This document shows positions 60,942 to 64,000 of a DNA stretch of 64,000 nt, piece by piece. Every line of letters starts with the position of its first letter. Position 1 is the first letter of the stretch. Source of the DNA: an uncultured Gemmataceae bacterium (GTDB taxonomy: Bacteria; Planctomycetota; Planctomycetia; Gemmatales; Gemmataceae); the NCBI GenBank assembly GCA_963750165.1, contig CAVVPN010000011.1, positions 608,001-672,000 on the forward strand, read 5' to 3'. A program made the translations under genes and the position numbers. The notes under the pieces were generated by a model that searched no databases, was not told the DNA's origin, and saw only the letters and a program-made list of their open reading frames with translations.

Positions 60942-62861
60942 CTAGCGCTCCGCGGACGCCAGCGCCTGGTTGACCGCCACCCACAGTTCGTTCATGCGGA
61001 ACGGCTTGCGCAGCAGACTGACGCCCGGCTCCTGCAACAGCCGCGGCGCCGGGTCCGCCTGCAGCAGACCAGTACACAACAGCACCGGCAGCTGCGGCAG
61101 CCGCTGCCGCAGTGCGTCGAACGTCGCCGATCCTTCCTCGCGCGGGATCATCAGGTCAAGCACCACCAGGTCCGCCTCCTGTCCCTGGTCCAGCAGCGCC
61201 AGCGCTTCCTGGCCGTTGGCAGCGCAGGCGATCCGGTGGCCGGGGATCTCCAGGAAGCGGCGCACGACATCGCGCACCGCCTCCTCGTCGTCAATCACCA
61301 GGATGTTGCGGCCCGGGGCCTCGTCTGGCTCCAGCACCTGGCCGGCCTCCAGGCCGACCACCCCCGGCCGGCCGGGCGTCCCCGTCAGCCGCGGCAGGTA
61401 CAATCCCACCGTCGTGCCGGCGCCCGGCTGGGTGCGAATCGTCAGGTAGCCCTGATGGCCGTGGACGATGCCGAACGCCACCGGCAAACCCAACCCCGTG
61501 CCCTGGCCCACATCCTTGGTGGTGAAGAACGGGTCCAGCGCCTGGTTAAGCACCTCGGGCGTCATGCCGCTGCCGTGATCCTCCACCTCCAGCACCACGT
61601 AATCGCCCGCCAGCACGCGCTCCGGAAAGAACGGCTGCTCCGCCGCCAGCACGACATGGCGGAGGCGGAAGATGATCGGTGTGACCTGCTGCATGGCGTC
61701 GCGGGCGTTCAGCGCCAGGTTGACCAGCACCTGCTGCAACTGATTGGCGTCCGCCAGTGCCGTCAGCGGTTCGTCGTCGGTCTCCGGGAGTTCCAGATCG
61801 ACCTCCAGCGCCAGCGAGTGCCGCACCAGTTCCGCGGTGCCGCGCAGCAACCCCTCCATGCGCGTCGGCTGCCGGCTCAGCGCCGGCTTGCGCGCGAAGG
61901 CCAGCAGCCGCCGCGTCAGGTCCGCCGCCCGGTCGGACAGATCGACGATGAACTGCAAGAACTGCTTCAGCGACGGCGGCACGCTCGGCTCGCGCAGCCC
62001 CAGGGCGGCGTAGCCCTGGATGCCGGCCAGCAGGTTGTTGAACTCGTGGGCGACGCCGCCGGCCAGCGTACCGACGCTCTGCATCTTCTGGGCGTGCATC
62101 AGTTGCCGCTCCAGCTGTTTGCGTTCGCCAATGTCGCGGTAGATGCCGACGAAATGCGTCATGGCGCCGCGGCTGTCGATGATCGGCGAGACCGTCAGCG
62201 AGGCGTCGAACAGTGAGCCGTCCTTGCGGCGGTTGATCAACTCGCCCTGCCAGCTGCTGCGGCCCAGGATGGTGCGCCACAGCTCGGCGTAGAACTCCGT
62301 CGGGTGCAGGCCGCTCTTGAACAGGCGCGGCGTCTGGCCGAGCAGTTCGTGGCGGGGGTAGCCGGTCAGACCCTCCAGGGCCTGGTTGACGTGCAGGATG
62401 ACGCCCTGCAGGTCGGTGATGACGATGCCGTCGCGCGCCGACTCCAGGGCCTCGACGAGCAGGCGGTTGGTCTGCTGCAGGCGGTGGCGCGTGACGGCCT
62501 CGGCGACGCGCTTGGGCAACTCGACCAGGAACTCCAGGGCCCTGTCCTTGGCGACGTAGTCCAGGGCGCCGGCGAGCATCGCCTGGATGGCCAGGTCCTC
62601 GTCGCCCAGGCCGGTGATGAGCAGCACGGGCGGGCTGAGGTTCTCGCGGTGCAGCCGTTCCAGCAGCTCCAGGCCGTTCATGTCGGGCAGGTCCCAGTCG
62701 AGGACGACCAGGTCGAACTGCGTCTGGCCGAGGACGATGAGGGCGTCGGCGGCGGTGCCGCAGGTGGTGACCTCGTGGCCGGCCCGCTCCAGGCTGCGGC
62801 GGATGAGCAGCACGAAGTCGGGGTTGTCTTCCACCAGGAACAGGCGCAGGCGCTCAGCCAT
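60942..62861 (-). CDS. Hybrid sensor histidine kinase REC-PAS-HisKA-HATPase-REC
   Basis: [54 protein letters not shown]. Confidence 0.95.
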   Translation of the reverse strand: MAERLRLFLVEDNPDFVLLIRRSLERAGHEVTTCGTAADALIVLGQTQFDLVVLDWDLPDMNGLELLERLHRENLSPPVLLITGLGDEDLAIQAMLAGALDYVAKDRALEFLVELPKRVAEAVTRHRLQQTNRLLVEALESARDGIVITDLQGVILHVNQALEGLTGYPRHELLGQTPRLFKSGLHPTEFYAELWRTILGRSSWQGELINRRKDGSLFDASLTVSPIIDSRGAMTHFVGIYRDIGERKQLERQLMHAQKMQSVGTLAGGVAHEFNNLLAGIQGYAALGLREPSVPPSLKQFLQFIVDLSDRAADLTRRLLAFARKPALSRQPTRMEGLLRGTAELVRHSLALEVDLELPETDDEPLTALADANQLQQVLVNLALNARDAMQQVTPIIFRLRHVVLAAEQPFFPERVLAGDYVVLEVEDHGSGMTPEVLNQALDPFFTTKDVGQGTGLGLPVAFGIVHGHQGYLTIRTQPGAGTTVGLYLPRLTGTPGRPGVVGLEAGQVLEPDEAPGRNILVIDDEEAVRDVVRRFLEIPGHRIACAANGQEALALLDQGQEADLVVLDLMIPREEGSATFDALRQRLPQLPVLLCTGLLQADPAPRLLQEPGVSLLRKPFRMNELWVAVNQALASAER

Positions 62862-62896
62862 GATCGAGTCACCACCTGGGACGGGGCGGCCGCCGG

Positions 62897-63613
62897 TCAC
62901 GCCCCGGGTACGAACAGGGTCAGGAGCACGCCGCCTTCGGGCTCGGCGGCCACGGTCAGCTGGCCGTGGCAGCAGTCGGCCAGTTCCCGGGCGAGCACCA
63001 CGTCGAGGCGCTGCCGCAGGGCCGCGTCGGTCGGGGTCGCGGCGGCCGCGCCGCCCCGGCGCGGCAGGCGGAGCGTCAGGGCCACACCGGCGGCCACGGC
63101 CGCCGCGGCGCCCTGCAGGCGCACCACGCCGGGCCCCGCGGACGTCAGCAGCACGCGCGCCATCTGCAACACCGTCTGCTGCAGGGCGCGGCGCGGCGCC
63201 CGCACCGCCGACGCCTCCAGGTGGAAATGGTACTCGATGACCTGGGTGGGATACAACAGGTTGACGGCGGCGCGCACCTCGCCGAGCAGATCGGCCAGGG
63301 GCACGACCTCGGCGGTGCCGCCGGCGCCGGTCAGCCGGCAAAGCTCTCGCAAGGTGCTGACCATGTTCTGGGCGTTCTGGGTGGCGCTGTGGAGGCGGCG
63401 CAGGTAATCGTGGCCCTGCGGCGTGAGGTGTTCCGCCTCGTCGATTTTGAGGTTTTGCAGCAGCCCCTGGATGACGACCAGGTGGTTGGGCAGGTCGTGG
63501 TTGATGGTGGGGCGCATGGCCTCCAGGAGGCGGGCGGCGCGTTGCAGCGGGCGCGCCGAATCGTTCACAGGGCCGGCGGGCGGCCGGCGCTCGCCTTCCG
63601 CTTCGCGGGTCAT
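62897..63613 (-). CDS. Histidine-kinase-like protein with H-box but degenerate ATPase domain
   Basis: INHDLPNHL H-box; N-box and DxGxG not recognisable. Confidence 0.65.
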   Translation of the reverse strand: MTREAEGERRPPAGPVNDSARPLQRAARLLEAMRPTINHDLPNHLVVIQGLLQNLKIDEAEHLTPQGHDYLRRLHSATQNAQNMVSTLRELCRLTGAGGTAEVVPLADLLGEVRAAVNLLYPTQVIEYHFHLEASAVRAPRRALQQTVLQMARVLLTSAGPGVVRLQGAAAAVAAGVALTLRLPRRGGAAAATPTDAALRQRLDVVLARELADCCHGQLTVAAEPEGGVLLTLFVPGA

Positions 63614-63855
63614 GGCGGTACCTCCGTCCCGGGCGCCTGCGTGACGGGTGTGGCGCGGCCGGGGCTGTGGCAGAGGGGGGTGGGTGTTTCGTTGGGCGGG
63701 AAGACACGCAATCTCCTTTGTAGAGGGCCGGCGCCGGGAAAGGAAGGTGAATTTTTCGTGAAGTGTGCCGGCAGCGCGGCGCGCACCGGGGGCGCCGGGC
63801 GGGGCCGCAGTTGGTACGCTGACCGAGGCGTCGCCCCCCGAGCCGTGGAGCCGAC

Positions 63856-64000
63856 ATGCCCCTCACCCCCGCGGACTGGCAGTTGCCCGCCGGCGTCGAT
63901 CGCGCCCTGTGGCACTACCTGCACGACGCGGCGCTGGCCCGGTCCTACGACGCCGGCCTGACCGACTGTGGCCTGCTCGCGCTGGACCAGGTATTCGTGC
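63856..64000 (+). CDS. Partial CDS at window edge, possibly class I SAM methyltransferase N-terminus
   Basis: GGAG RBS; MPLTPADWQLPAGVDRALWHYLHD..YD; runs off window. Confidence 0.5.
   Translation, partial: MPLTPADWQLPAGVDRALWHYLHDAALARSYDAGLTDCGLLALDQVFV

Noticed and set aside
62862..63866. N-terminal extension of the 974-aa kinase ORF
   Set aside because: Low-complexity Arg/Pro translation overlapping the 62897-63613 gene; real start is likely 62861.

Overview
High-GC bacterial chromosomal segment. Gene content (DUF1501, PVC-type CxxCH heme protein, H4MPT C1-transfer genes, many LRR/HEAT proteins, Uma2) points to Planctomycetota, probably Gemmatales; this is an inference, not a database result. 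It holds about 60 CDS, one tRNA-Leu(TAG) and several families of intergenic palindromic repeats. About nine genes are split by single-base frameshifts, most likely assembly errors. Two things stand out. (1) Between a B12-binding radical SAM gene (46081-47880) and tRNA-Leu lies a serial array of four accessory cassettes (putative nuclease + helical partner, modular LRR, VapBC, Rpn). They are separated by three extra copies of the radical SAM gene's own 3' end, which share its stop codon but have different 5' ends, and no integrase is visible: a gene-tail-anchored cassette array. (2) A PARP3-like WGR-regulatory-catalytic PARP with an intact H-Y-E triad is followed directly by a macrodomain gene, a candidate ADP-ribosylation writer/eraser operon. 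All family calls come from motif recognition by eye; no searches were run.
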